Shown here: piece after piece, positions 35,204-45,396 of the stretch
How positions within the stretch are numbered: position 1 is the stretch's first letter
Layout: each line of letters starts with the position of its first letter
Origin: a virus
Lineage: Duplodnaviria > Caudoviricetes
Length of the DNA: 50,082 bases
IMG/VR virus record: IMGVR_UViG_3300015370_000020
Span: 1-50,082 of that record
Strand: one strand, 5' to 3'
Program-made: the position numbers and the translations under genes
The notes under the pieces: generated by a model
Databases searched by the model: none
The model's input: the letters and a program-made list of their open reading frames with translations, nothing else
Told to the model about the DNA's origin: nothing

Positions 35204-36249
35204 CGCTGGAAACGATTGTTTTTTCGGTCAACGGTCAGCCATTGCCGCACACATCCGCGACACTTGATCAATCGGCAGAGGAGGCGGTCCGCACCGCGCA
35301 GTTCGAAGTCGCATGGACCGGCGCAGGCATTCCCTGCGCACCGGATGACGAGGCGACGATCACTGTCTCCGGCTCATTGTGGGGCACAGGCTATGTGCGA
35401 GATGTGCGGCCCGGTCACGACGAGAGCAGCCGGACATATTCGGTGAGCTTCGTGTCGCGCACCTGCGACGCGACGGAATGCTCGATCGATCATCCGACCG
35501 GGCTCAAGCGCGAAGCAGATCTCGGCGACATCGCGAAGGAATTCGACGTGCTCGGGGTGGGCGTCGAGGTCAAGGCAAAGACGATCAAGAAGGCGGTGCA
35601 CAAGGTGCGGCCAGGCGAGACGCTGTTCCAGACGTTGGAAACCGATGCTCGGGCCCAGGGCGTGCTGATCCACGACAGCCCGGAAGGAAAGCTTGTGCTG
35701 GCCGACAAGCCGGAAGGGCGTCATGCCGGCGCGCTTGTGCGGGGCGTCAACATCAAGAGCGCTTCGGCCAGCCTGTCGGGCGCAACGAGCTTCTCCAGCG
35801 TCAAGGTGCGCGGGCAGGCCTCGATCGGCATCAGTGCCTCGGCATTGCGGGCGGAGGCGGAGGCCAGGGGCACGGCGCGCCGGCGGCGGCCGCTGATCGT
35901 TCCATTCGAAGGCGAGGCCACATCCGAGCGGCTCAAGAAGCGGGCGACATGGGAAGCCAAGCGGGCGAGCGGCGAGGGCGTCACCTGCCAAATCACCGTT
36001 GCGGGTTTCCGCGACCAGGGCGGGCAATTGTGGAAAGCGAACTGGCTGGTCGAGGTCGCCGACGACTGGCTCGGTATTCGCCAGGACATGGTGATCGCCT
36101 CGGTCAAGCTGGAGCAGGGCAGCGGCGGCACCACGGCTACGCTGTCACTCAAGGATCCGCGTGCGCTTGGCGGCGACAATCCGCGCGGCAAGTCGAATGC
36201 GGCCTGGGGCGCGCCCGGTTCAACAAATGCAGACTACCGGGAAGGCTGA
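35200..36249 (+). CDS. Baseplate hub protein (Mu gp44-like)
   Basis: GYV, SRTCD..ECS, PGET.F, LVRGVNI and LW..N..V.V.D motifs. Confidence 0.88.
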   Translation: MTLETIVFSVNGQPLPHTSATLDQSAEEAVRTAQFEVAWTGAGIPCAPDDEATITVSGSLWGTGYVRDVRPGHDESSRTYSVSFVSRTCDATECSIDHPTGLKREADLGDIAKEFDVLGVGVEVKAKTIKKAVHKVRPGETLFQTLETDARAQGVLIHDSPEGKLVLADKPEGRHAGALVRGVNIKSASASLSGATSFSSVKVRGQASIGISASALRAEAEARGTARRRRPLIVPFEGEATSERLKKRATWEAKRASGEGVTCQITVAGFRDQGGQLWKANWLVEVADDWLGIRQDMVIASVKLEQGSGGTTATLSLKDPRALGGDNPRGKSNAAWGAPGSTNADYREG

Positions 36250-36252
36250 GAG

Positions 36253-36732
36253 ATGTTTGACGGCAATCTGACGCGGTTCGAGCTCGACGGCACGGTGGAG
36301 CATCGCGAAGGCCAGCAGTTCGTCAACGGTAAGGGCTTATCCGGCGACAGCTTTGAGCGCGTGCACCGGATCGAGCCGCACGGTTTTGCCAGCAATCCGG
36401 TCAAGGGCGGGATCGGAGTGGCCATGTCGGCGCGGGGCAATCGTGACTCGGCCTATGTGTTCGGCGGCGAAAACCCGACAATGCGGCCCGATCTGGCCGC
36501 GGGTGGTGCCGCGATTTACGACCACACCGGCAACATCGTCTCGGTGGTGCAGAAGCACATGCGGATTGTGCATTCAGCCAAGGTGCACATCATCGCACCG
36601 GAGATCATTCTCGAAGGTGTGGTCTACCTCGGTGGCCCCGGCGCATCGCGTCCTGTCTCTGCGGAAGGGACGATCGATAGCGCAGGCGATACCGACGCCA
36701 GTAACTTTGCCGCCGGGGTGTTTGCGACATGA
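36253..36732 (+). CDS. Baseplate spike protein (Mu gp45-like)
   Basis: EPHGFASNP..G...GNR...RP.L..G..AIYD. Confidence 0.85.
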   Translation: MFDGNLTRFELDGTVEHREGQQFVNGKGLSGDSFERVHRIEPHGFASNPVKGGIGVAMSARGNRDSAYVFGGENPTMRPDLAAGGAAIYDHTGNIVSVVQKHMRIVHSAKVHIIAPEIILEGVVYLGGPGASRPVSAEGTIDSAGDTDASNFAAGVFAT

Positions 36733-37262
36733 AGATCATTTCGCTTTCGCCCGCGGCCGAGCCGCTGCTCGATCCGGACCTGGTCTGGGACGGGCGTGTC
36801 GGCGACCTGGCGACGACGCCGATCGACGATCCGGTCAACCCGGGTGGGCTTCGCGCCACCCAGGCGCTGGCAACCGCCATCCTGATCTGTCTGATGACCG
36901 ATGCCCGCGCCGAGGAAACAGAATTGCGCGACGGCGATGTAAATCGCGGCTGGCCAGGTGACAGTTTCGACCGCGATGCCGACGAGCCCACACTTGGCTC
37001 GAAGCTCTGGTTGCTGCGCCGGCGCTCGCTTACAGCGGATGTCGAGATCCTTGCCGAGGACTACACCCGTGCGGCGTTGCAAACGCTGGTCGACCAGGGT
37101 GCCGTGGCGCGGTTCGATGTGGCGGCTACGGCCGACCGGCCAAATTCACGACTTGTGCTTTCGATCGCAGCTTATGGCCGCGACGGAGGCCAGGTTCACG
37201 ACCAGAAATATGCAGTTTTGTGGGAGCAGTTGAATGGCGTTTCCGATCCGCTCTCTGCTTGA
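36729..37262 (+). CDS. Baseplate protein (Mu gp46-like)
   Basis: LATAILICLMTD, RGWPGD, GSKLWLL and AL..LV motifs. Confidence 0.9.
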   Translation: MKIISLSPAAEPLLDPDLVWDGRVGDLATTPIDDPVNPGGLRATQALATAILICLMTDARAEETELRDGDVNRGWPGDSFDRDADEPTLGSKLWLLRRRSLTADVEILAEDYTRAALQTLVDQGAVARFDVAATADRPNSRLVLSIAAYGRDGGQVHDQKYAVLWEQLNGVSDPLSA

Positions 37263-37370
37263 CCTCGCGCGGCGCACCGCTCGCTTTGCTCGCTGCCGCT
37301 GCGGAATGGCGCGGAACGATCCGCGGCGTCCGGTCGGAGGCTTGCTCGCCCTTCACATGGAGAACCGTTG

Positions 37371-38462
37371 ATGGCCTTTCCCATCCGCTCGCTTGACGAG
37401 ATTTCGGCCTCGGTGCGCGGGGCCATGCGGCAATATCTGCCGGGCACAGATGCCAGCCTCAAGCAGAATGTGCTTCGCGTCATCGGCAAGGTGCAGGCCC
37501 TGCTGGCGCATGAGTACGAACTGCGCCTGAACTGGATCTTTCGGCAGCTGTTCCTTTCGACGGCGACCAGCCCGGCGATCATTCGCCTGCATGCTGCCGA
37601 ATACAGGGTCCTGCAGAAACCCGCGTCTGCGGCGTCCGGTGCGATCACGGGCACGGGCGAGCCTCACAAGTCCTATCCCGCCGGAGTACGCTTTGTCTCT
37701 TCCGGCGTCACCTATGTGACGATCGCGGGCTTCACGGCCAATGCCGCCGGCTTCTTCACCGCAAGCGTCCAGGCCGAAAGTTCGGGTGCCGCGACCAACC
37801 GCGACGCGGCCGCCGAGTTGCTGCTTGCCGACCCCGCGCTCTATCCGACACTGCCGACCACGGTGACGGTTGCGTCTGGCGGACTGGGCGGCGGCGCCGA
37901 TATCGAGGCGATCGAGGATCTGCGCGCTCGAGCTCTCAAGCGCAAGGCTTCTCCGCCGCAGGGTGGAACATTGCCCGATTATGAAAACTGGGCGCTGGAA
38001 GTGCCCGGCGTGGTCACCGCCTGGGCGGCCAATTTCGCGAACGGCAGCGGTACGGTCGGCGTCTGGATCCTGTTCGACGGTCGGGTAAACGGCATTCCGG
38101 AGCCTGGCGACCTGGCCGCCGTTGACACCTATATCGAAGGCCTGCGGCTGGTGCGCGCTGCGTATTACACCGTGGCTCCGGTGGCAAAGCCGGTCGATCT
38201 GACAATTAGCCTGTCGCCCGACACATCCGCAAATCGAACGGCCGTGACCGAGGCCTTGACGACATTCTTCGACGCGACGCTCAAGAACACGCGGCTGCGT
38301 CCGGGGCTGCCCGACAATCCGTTCACTCTGCCAATCGCATGGATATCGGAGGTGATATCCACTGTTCCTGGCGAAAACAGCCATGTGCTCACCGTGCCGG
38401 CGGCGGGCCCCGTATTCCAGCCCGGCGAATTGCCGGTGCTCGGCACCATCAGCTGGACCTGA
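37371..38462 (+). CDS. Baseplate J-like protein (Mu gp47-like)
   Basis: QLF..TA, GGADIE..EDLRAR and PQGG..DYENWALEVPGV motifs. Confidence 0.92.
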   Translation: MAFPIRSLDEISASVRGAMRQYLPGTDASLKQNVLRVIGKVQALLAHEYELRLNWIFRQLFLSTATSPAIIRLHAAEYRVLQKPASAASGAITGTGEPHKSYPAGVRFVSSGVTYVTIAGFTANAAGFFTASVQAESSGAATNRDAAAELLLADPALYPTLPTTVTVASGGLGGGADIEAIEDLRARALKRKASPPQGGTLPDYENWALEVPGVVTAWAANFANGSGTVGVWILFDGRVNGIPEPGDLAAVDTYIEGLRLVRAAYYTVAPVAKPVDLTISLSPDTSANRTAVTEALTTFFDATLKNTRLRPGLPDNPFTLPIAWISEVISTVPGENSHVLTVPAAGPVFQPGELPVLGTISWT

Positions 38463-38466
38463 CGCG

Positions 38467-39303
38467 ATGTCGACATGGCACGTCAATGACGAGTGGACAG
38501 ACTTTTTTGCGCCTGATGGCGGCCGCGTGCTTCTCGTCGATCCCGATGACGGCTTCCTGGCGCCCGACATTGATCCGCGCGACGCTCTCTCGGCGCCGAC
38601 CGTCGAGGGGCTTCTGTTCTCCGGATTGGCGCTTTGGCCGCGCGGGTCTGCCTGGGGCACGCCGGACGGTGAGGCCCCATCCACCGCCAGCAGGATTGCT
38701 GGGCTGACGCGGGCGCTGCTGTCCACCTTCGTCGACCTCTACGCCAAGGCCTGGCGGCTGACCGAGGAATCGCGTGCGGCGTCGCTGATCGACAGCCTTG
38801 CAGAGTGGGAAACGGATTTTGGCCTGCCGTCGGACTGCGCGGGCAACAGCCAGAGCCTCGACGAACGCCTGGCAACGCTGCGCGCCCGGGTGGCGCGGCT
38901 CGCCACCATCACGCCGGCTGACGTTGTGCGGCTCGCGGCGCGCCTGGGCTATGTGGTTGCGCTCGAAGAACCGGAGGCATTTCTCTGCGGCGAGAGCGCC
39001 TGCCTGGGCCTGGGCGAGTTGTCGGGCGCGGCGCTTGACGGCCAGTGGGTGCTGCTTGTTCGCGATGCGCCGTTCACCCAGTTCGAAGCGGGCATCGGCG
39101 AAGCGGGCGCGGACCGCCTTCTCGACTTCGACCACGGCACACTCGAATGCGAAATCCGACGCATTGCGCCGGCCTGGACTGTGGTGGTCTTCAATTACGC
39201 AGAGCACCCGATCGCGCCGTATCTGGTCACCCAGAGCGGCGCGCGGATAGTGACTGAAACCGGCAAGGCGATTGTCATGCCGGTGCTTGCCTCTTCCCTC
39301 TGA
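38467..39303 (+). CDS. Baseplate wedge protein (Mu gp48 / DUF2313-like)
   Basis: LWPRGSAW, LAEWETDFGLP and LECEIRRIAPA motifs. Confidence 0.85.
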   Translation: MSTWHVNDEWTDFFAPDGGRVLLVDPDDGFLAPDIDPRDALSAPTVEGLLFSGLALWPRGSAWGTPDGEAPSTASRIAGLTRALLSTFVDLYAKAWRLTEESRAASLIDSLAEWETDFGLPSDCAGNSQSLDERLATLRARVARLATITPADVVRLAARLGYVVALEEPEAFLCGESACLGLGELSGAALDGQWVLLVRDAPFTQFEAGIGEAGADRLLDFDHGTLECEIRRIAPAWTVVVFNYAEHPIAPYLVTQSGARIVTETGKAIVMPVLASSL

Positions 39304-39322
39304 CACTGACGGAGACGTTCTC

Positions 39323-40252
39323 ATGAAATATGTTCCACCTCTCGGCGAGGCGGCCGATGCCGCCTATGTCGACGGCAATCGCTCGGCAGGCACCAAGGGC
39401 TCGCTTGTGCCTGCTGCGGCGGTTGAGTACCCGCAACGCGAGATCGATCACGCCATTTCGTTCTTCGGCCTGACGCCGGTGAACGCCGATCTGCAGCAGC
39501 TGCGCAAGGCGATCGAGGCGGCCATCGCCGCAGCCACGGGCGGCGGCGACACGTCGCAATTCTTTCTGATCAGCCAGGCGCGCTCCCGGCTGAAATTCTT
39601 TCCGGAAATCGAGAGCGCCGACGGCAAGATGAACGTGACCAGCCCCTCGGCTGGCACTGTGCAGGTGCCGACATCGGTCACCTTCACCCATCGCGGCAGC
39701 TATCCGGTTTCCACCAGCGATTACATCGAGGATGACCGGACCTTCACTACGCTCGCCAACAAGACCTATCATCTGCGCTGGACGCCGGTGGGCGGCTTCG
39801 CCCTCGAGGATCTGGCCGACAGCGGCTACAATCCCTCGGTTCTGGCAGAGAACGACGCCGCGTTCGACAGCACCTATGACGACATGCTGATCGCTCGGGT
39901 TGTGACCAGTGCCGGCAACGTGGCGACGATCACCAATCTGGTGAACAAGGATCGGCTATTTGCCGAGGAGCGGATTGAACAAACTGTAACGGGCCCAAGC
40001 GTTCCCGGCGCTTATGTCGTCACTGCGACAAAAACAACCAATTGGGCTCGGGCACCAAAGGTCGCAGGCATCCGCGGCAATATTTCGGCGAATGCGACGA
40101 ACCCCGCCGGCGCTCTCGACTCTACGTCTGGCTATCTGTCGAGCTACTCGAAAGATCGCTATTCGAGCACGGGAACAGTTACATCAGACTGGACATCAAG
40201 CCCGTCGCACACCGGCCTTGTTGGCTATGTCCATTTTGATCTGGTCGCATAG
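39323..40252 (+). CDS. Tail fibre/adaptor protein 1
   Basis: MKYVPP...YVDGN...GS.VPAAAVEYPQREI...GLTP...DLQQL baseplate-attachment N-terminus. Confidence 0.75.
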   Translation: MKYVPPLGEAADAAYVDGNRSAGTKGSLVPAAAVEYPQREIDHAISFFGLTPVNADLQQLRKAIEAAIAAATGGGDTSQFFLISQARSRLKFFPEIESADGKMNVTSPSAGTVQVPTSVTFTHRGSYPVSTSDYIEDDRTFTTLANKTYHLRWTPVGGFALEDLADSGYNPSVLAENDAAFDSTYDDMLIARVVTSAGNVATITNLVNKDRLFAEERIEQTVTGPSVPGAYVVTATKTTNWARAPKVAGIRGNISANATNPAGALDSTSGYLSSYSKDRYSSTGTVTSDWTSSPSHTGLVGYVHFDLVA

Positions 40253-40259
40253 GTGATTC

Positions 40260-41309
40260 ATGGTTGACACAATCACTATTGCGGGGCTGCCCGCGACGGC
40301 ATCGCCGACCGTCGACCATTTGGTCCCCGCCATGAAAGACGGTGTGACCGTTTACTTGTCGGTTGCACAGATCGTTGGGCTTGCTCAATCCGCTATTTTG
40401 GACGGCGCGCCCGGCACGCTTGACACTTTGAACGAACTTGCGGCGGCTCTCGGCGATGATGAGAATTATGCGACGACGACAGCTGCGGCTCTTGCACTCA
40501 GGCTCCGTGTCGACGCTGATCAGTCCCTGACATCGGCTCAGAAGCTCCAGGGTCGCGCGAATATCGAGGCGGATACGCTGCCCGGGCATCTCTGGGGACT
40601 GACGCTCTCGAACAATGGTTCGGATGCGACCAACGACATCGACATTGCGGTCGGTTCGGCGGCGGACGGCACAGGGCTGCACCGTATGGTTCTTTCCGCG
40701 GTGCTCACCAAGCAGCTCGATGCGGCCTGGGCTGTAGGTACGGGCAATGGTGGCCTGGATACAGGATCAATCGCCAACGGCACCTATCACGTTTGGCTGA
40801 TCCAGCGTTCGGACACTGGTGTCGTCGATGCGCTGTCTTCAACGTCTGCAACGGCGCCGACGATGCCGGCCAGCTACGACCGCAAAAGGCGGATCGGATC
40901 GATCATCCGCGCATCCGGTTCGATCCTCGGCTTTACCCAAATCGATGATCGCTTTTACCTGCATGCACATGTGACAGACGTGAACCTGACGCCGGCAAGT
41001 ATGGCAAAAACGCTGAGAACTCTCACCGTGCCGTCAGGGGTTCGTATGGTCGCGATGCTGAATGCTGGTGTGCAGGTCACAAGTTCGGCGGATGGCCGGT
41101 TCAAGATCTATGAGCCTGACAGTACGGTGCCTCCGGCGCTGTCGATTAATGGCGGGATTTCCGGGCTGGCGACAGGGCAGGTGTGGTCATACATCGAGTG
41201 CCCAACGAACATCTCTGCGCAGGTTGCCACGATCAATCTGGCGACAACAAACGTGACTCTGTTCATGAACACAGTGGGTTGGATCGATAGCCTCAGAAGG
41301 GGTGCATAA
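40260..41309 (+). CDS. Tail fibre protein 2
   Basis: GAPGTLDTLNELAAALGDD fibre motif; GLTLSNN...GTGNGGLD...RRIGSI domain. Confidence 0.8.
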   Translation: MVDTITIAGLPATASPTVDHLVPAMKDGVTVYLSVAQIVGLAQSAILDGAPGTLDTLNELAAALGDDENYATTTAAALALRLRVDADQSLTSAQKLQGRANIEADTLPGHLWGLTLSNNGSDATNDIDIAVGSAADGTGLHRMVLSAVLTKQLDAAWAVGTGNGGLDTGSIANGTYHVWLIQRSDTGVVDALSSTSATAPTMPASYDRKRRIGSIIRASGSILGFTQIDDRFYLHAHVTDVNLTPASMAKTLRTLTVPSGVRMVAMLNAGVQVTSSADGRFKIYEPDSTVPPALSINGGISGLATGQVWSYIECPTNISAQVATINLATTNVTLFMNTVGWIDSLRRGA

Positions 41310-42359
41310 ATGCTTGACCTCGCAACAGCGAACCCAATGCCTGGGATGACTATCACAACCGCCGCCGATATCCCGGTAAAGCGGGATGCTTTGAAAACGG
41401 CAGTTTTCGGGCCGGCAGGAATTTCCGGTTACAGCGGCATGTTCGATGGTAACGCTCACGGCGGGGCTCCGTCAGGGCTCTATTTGAAGCCGATCGCGTC
41501 GACCTATTGGCTGAGCTTCAATATGGGCAAGACCAATGCCAATGAGGACATCATCTCGCGGACGCATACGACCACTTTCGCTGGCTCGACAAAGCTTCTG
41601 ATCATCAATGGCGGGCATGGTCAGGCGTTTTTTCCGGCCGCTGTTGCGGCGGAAACGCGTCCCGGGATGGCCGCGATCTCGCAGGAAACGCAATGGATGG
41701 CGGAAGCCCTATCCGGTGGGTGTGATGTGATCCTTTCGTCCATGCCGTTCAATGGTGAAAATGCCTTCACCACCTCCTACTGTCCAAGCATGCCGTTCGC
41801 TCAGTCCAATACCAGCGTCCATGAGTGGCTTGGGCTCCAGACGACCAATATCGCGAGTGGATCTCCGCTCAAATATTTTCTGATCCCACCGCTGTCAGCG
41901 CTGAATACCGCAATCGAGAGCCGTGCGAATGCCGGGCTGCCCCCTTACGAAAAGATCTCCGTCATGGGGTACTCGGGCGGAGGATGGGCAACAACCGCGA
42001 TGGCGGCGATCGACCCACGCATCACGCAAGCTTTTTCCGTCGCGGGGTCACTACCGATGGAGTATCGCGGATGGCACAGGCCGGATGGCGGCGATTGGGA
42101 ACAGCGGTCCATGCCGGCCAGCTACTATGACCTCTACGCGATGAGCATCGGGGAGGTGGGCCGGAAAGCGTGGCTGATCCACAATGAGTTCGATCCCTGC
42201 TGTTTCCGGACAGCCAGCGTGCTGCCGTGGGCCAAGCCGTTCCTCGACCGCGTTGCGGTGTTGCCGGGGGAGATCAGCATTGTGTCTGAGACAGGGGCCG
42301 CGGCGCACACGATAAATCACGCAACCCGTCTCCTAATCATGGACGCCGTCAACAACTGA
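41310..42359 (+). CDS. Alpha/beta hydrolase (putative esterase)
   Basis: GHG, nucleophile elbow MGYSGGG, FDPCCF acid and C-terminal His (AHTI); ATG directly follows the fibre stop. Confidence 0.75.
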   Translation: MLDLATANPMPGMTITTAADIPVKRDALKTAVFGPAGISGYSGMFDGNAHGGAPSGLYLKPIASTYWLSFNMGKTNANEDIISRTHTTTFAGSTKLLIINGGHGQAFFPAAVAAETRPGMAAISQETQWMAEALSGGCDVILSSMPFNGENAFTTSYCPSMPFAQSNTSVHEWLGLQTTNIASGSPLKYFLIPPLSALNTAIESRANAGLPPYEKISVMGYSGGGWATTAMAAIDPRITQAFSVAGSLPMEYRGWHRPDGGDWEQRSMPASYYDLYAMSIGEVGRKAWLIHNEFDPCCFRTASVLPWAKPFLDRVAVLPGEISIVSETGAAAHTINHATRLLIMDAVNN

Positions 42360-42413
42360 AGCTTGCCAATTAGGCGCGTTGAAAATAGACCCATTCAATC
42401 GCTCACCACCCAG

Positions 42414-44279
42414 ATGGGATTGATTTTGGCTAAGGCCTTCAGACAGGACATTCAGGGGCTGCGTGCCGTCGCGGTCATCCTCGTCCTCGTGTTCCACGCC
42501 TTCCCGGAGTCGTTGCCCGGAGGCTTTGTTGGCGTCGATGTCTTCTTCGTTATCTCTGGATTTGTGATCACACAAAGCCTGGTGCGGGACATGGACCTCA
42601 ACGGCGTGTCGGCCGGCCCCATGTTGGTAAGATTTTACGGCAAGCGGATCCGGCGCATTCTGCCGGCCCTTGCGGTTGTGCTGGTTGCCACGCTTGCAGC
42701 CGGATGGCTGATCTTGGTGCCATCCGATTATGCCGCTGTTGCAAAGAGTGCGCTCTACTCTGCGGCCGGTGCCGGAAATCTGTTTTTCTACTGGAATACA
42801 GGTTACTTCGATGCGGCGGCTGCGAAGCAACCTCTACTGCATATGTGGTCTCTCGGCGTAGAGGAGCAATTCTACTTGGTCTGGCCGCTCGCCCTGGCTT
42901 TGATCCTTGGGCTCACCGGCCGGAAGCGGCATCTCGCCGCGGGCGCCATCGCAGTATTGATCATGTCGGTGTTTGTCTACAGCGCTGGCGTCGTCGCGGA
43001 GAATCCGAAGGCCGGGTTCTATCTGCCTCTACCGAGAGCGTGGGAACTGGGCGTGGGGTCTTTGCTCGCTTTCGTGCCTGCGATCAGATGGCGCTGGGTT
43101 TCGGAGATCCTGGGTTTCAGCGGCTTGTCGCTTATCCTTTGGGCGGGTCTTACGCTTGAGGCTGGAGAGACATCGACAGGATGGCCTATGGTCCCTGCGA
43201 TCTTGGGGGCATCGATGCTGATATGGCCCAAGACTGACACCTGGGCGGGCCGCCTACTGGAGATAGCCATCTTGCGCGGGATGGGTGCGATCTCCTATTC
43301 ACTTTATCTTTGGCATTGGCCGATGCTTGTCTATGCCGCCCTCATTGGGATGGACTCTCCTGCTGAGCGCGTCGTCAATCTGCTCGCCAGCGTAGCCCTC
43401 GCCACATTGACCTATGTTTTGATCGAGAGGCCATCACTGCATTTTCGTTGGTGGAGTATGGCCGTACCGGGAGCAATCTCGGGTACGGCGGTTGCGGCAG
43501 CCTTCGCCGGCGCAGTGGTGCTGACCGGTGGGATGCCACTGAGATATCCGCCGGATATCCGTCCGGTCTTGGCCCTTGGCGATTACGATTATAGCCAGAA
43601 GACGCGGTATCCGACCTGCTGGTTGACGGGCGATATGGGCTTTGCTTCCTATGATCAGGATTGCTCGATCGGCCAAGTGCTGATTTGGGGGGATTCGCAC
43701 GCGGCAATGCTTTCGCCTGGTATGCGCTCGAAACTTGGTGATGTTGCCCAGTACACGCGCAGCGGTTGTCTGCCCATCATCGCGGATGGGGACGACCCTT
43801 GCTTTGTCGGCAACAGGGCCATCCTCAATAAAATCCGAGAGATCAGGCCAAAGACCGTTGTGCTTTATGCAGCATGGCTCAATCATCCGGTCGAGTGGCA
43901 GACCGGATGGCCAGACGAGGCGGCCTTTCGGAAGACAATAAGATCTCTGTTCGGTGCCGGCGTTCAAGAGGTCAAGGTTATCGGTCCGACACCAAACTGG
44001 GATCCCTCGCTGCCATCAGCCGTTCTTGATTACTGGAATGCCAATGGCAGTTTGCCAGACAGGCTGCCACCATCCGCAAAACCGTATGAAGCCGTCGACA
44101 ATGTTCTGCGGCGCATCGCTGGCGAGGAGGGGGCAATTTTTCTGTCAGCCTATCGAGCCCTGTGCGAGACACGGGGGTGCCGGACCCATACCGAGAATTC
44201 GGTCTCGGACCTGATCATCTGGGATTATGGGCATTTGACGTGGCAGGGCGCAGACTATCTGGCTGATAAGCTTTTCTGA
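42414..44279 (+). CDS. OafA-type O-acyltransferase (AT3 plus SGNH)
   Basis: RQDIQGLRAVAV, GVDVFFVISG, HMWSLGVEEQFY, SYSLYLWHWP; SGNH motifs GDSHA and DYGH. Confidence 0.93.
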   Translation: MGLILAKAFRQDIQGLRAVAVILVLVFHAFPESLPGGFVGVDVFFVISGFVITQSLVRDMDLNGVSAGPMLVRFYGKRIRRILPALAVVLVATLAAGWLILVPSDYAAVAKSALYSAAGAGNLFFYWNTGYFDAAAAKQPLLHMWSLGVEEQFYLVWPLALALILGLTGRKRHLAAGAIAVLIMSVFVYSAGVVAENPKAGFYLPLPRAWELGVGSLLAFVPAIRWRWVSEILGFSGLSLILWAGLTLEAGETSTGWPMVPAILGASMLIWPKTDTWAGRLLEIAILRGMGAISYSLYLWHWPMLVYAALIGMDSPAERVVNLLASVALATLTYVLIERPSLHFRWWSMAVPGAISGTAVAAAFAGAVVLTGGMPLRYPPDIRPVLALGDYDYSQKTRYPTCWLTGDMGFASYDQDCSIGQVLIWGDSHAAMLSPGMRSKLGDVAQYTRSGCLPIIADGDDPCFVGNRAILNKIREIRPKTVVLYAAWLNHPVEWQTGWPDEAAFRKTIRSLFGAGVQEVKVIGPTPNWDPSLPSAVLDYWNANGSLPDRLPPSAKPYEAVDNVLRRIAGEEGAIFLSAYRALCETRGCRTHTENSVSDLIIWDYGHLTWQGADYLADKLF

Positions 44280-44365
44280 CACCGCTTAGGGCAGGCAAGA
44301 AGCCGGCGGGATAAAACACCCGTCTCCTCGCCCGCGGCAGCTAGGTACAAAAGAAGGACATCGTC

Positions 44366-45070
44366 ATGACTTTTGAACAGTGGCTCCAGAGCCGGCTGAC
44401 GGCGCACGGCTATCCAGTCGGGCCTGTTGGCGGCGCATTCGGCGCGAAAAGCCGCGCCGCGCTCGTTGAGTTTCAGCGGGCAAATAGCCTCAAGCCTAGC
44501 GGCATGGCGGATGCGGCAACTGTTGCCGCGCTCAAGGCCAACCCGGTGGGCGAGGCGCGGCCGGTGGCTTCCGCGCCTGCCGAGCGGATGCCGCCGTGGA
44601 TGGCGGAGATGTACCGCCGCAAGGGGCTGCACGAGACCCGCGACAATGGCGCGCTGTCTTCGTGGCTGCGCATCGGCAAGTTCCTGGGCAATCCCGCGAA
44701 GCTGCCCTGGTGCGGCGACGCGGTGGAGACAGCGATTGTCAAGACCATGCCCGACGAGCCGGTGCCGGATAATCCTTTCTGGGCCCAGGGGTGGGCCAGG
44801 TTCGGCGATCTTGCTGGCCCCACCGATATCGGCGCCATCGGCGTGATCCGCTGGTCGGCCCGGGCCGGGCATGTCGGCATCGTCGCTGGATATGACGCGG
44901 CGCAGCGGCGGGTGCTGCTTCTGGGTGGCAACCAGTCCGACGCGATCACGCTGTCCTGGTTCCCGCTGTCGAAGTTCATCGCGTTTCGCTGGCCGTCGAC
45001 CTTTCCGCGCAGGGCCTATCCGGCGCTCGACGCCAAGGGAAACAGCGGCAGCCTCGCGGGGACGCGCTGA
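44366..45070 (+). CDS. Endolysin: peptidoglycan-binding domain plus CHAP/NlpC-P60 (TIGR02594-like)
   Basis: LQSRL...GY..G...G.FG...FQRANSL; PWCG, GHVG and LGGNQ motifs. Confidence 0.9.
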   Translation: MTFEQWLQSRLTAHGYPVGPVGGAFGAKSRAALVEFQRANSLKPSGMADAATVAALKANPVGEARPVASAPAERMPPWMAEMYRRKGLHETRDNGALSSWLRIGKFLGNPAKLPWCGDAVETAIVKTMPDEPVPDNPFWAQGWARFGDLAGPTDIGAIGVIRWSARAGHVGIVAGYDAAQRRVLLLGGNQSDAITLSWFPLSKFIAFRWPSTFPRRAYPALDAKGNSGSLAGTR

Positions 45071-45396
45071 TGCTTGTCCATGTTCTGCGTCTGCTCGGGG
45101 TTGCGCCGCGCGTGACGGGCAAGTCCGGCAAGCGAGAGGCGGCCTGGCTGGTGTTTGCCTGCGCTGTCGCTCTGACGGTTCTGGCGATGTGGACCGGTGT
45201 CGAGATGGTCAGCGCCATGACGGCGCTGCTCATGGTCATATGGCCTGCTGCGCTGGGTCTTCTGGGCGCGGCCTACAAGCTGGAGTTCGACAAGGTCAGG
45301 GCCGATCGGTCGGCCGTCTTGCCGGAAGGAGGGTCGGAAGGGTGGCCCGAAGACATCGCGCCGCCGGAGCGCCCGGACGGGGAGCCCTCGCCATGA
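45070..45396 (+). CDS. Putative holin (two transmembrane helices)
   Basis: Two hydrophobic segments and a charged C-terminus, directly after the endolysin. Confidence 0.6.
   Translation: MLVHVLRLLGVAPRVTGKSGKREAAWLVFACAVALTVLAMWTGVEMVSAMTALLMVIWPAALGLLGAAYKLEFDKVRADRSAVLPEGGSEGWPEDIAPPERPDGEPSP

Noticed and set aside
39323-42359. Diversity-generating retroelement or invertible fibre cassette
   Set aside because: No reverse transcriptase, invertase, template/variable repeat pair or reversed fibre tip seen
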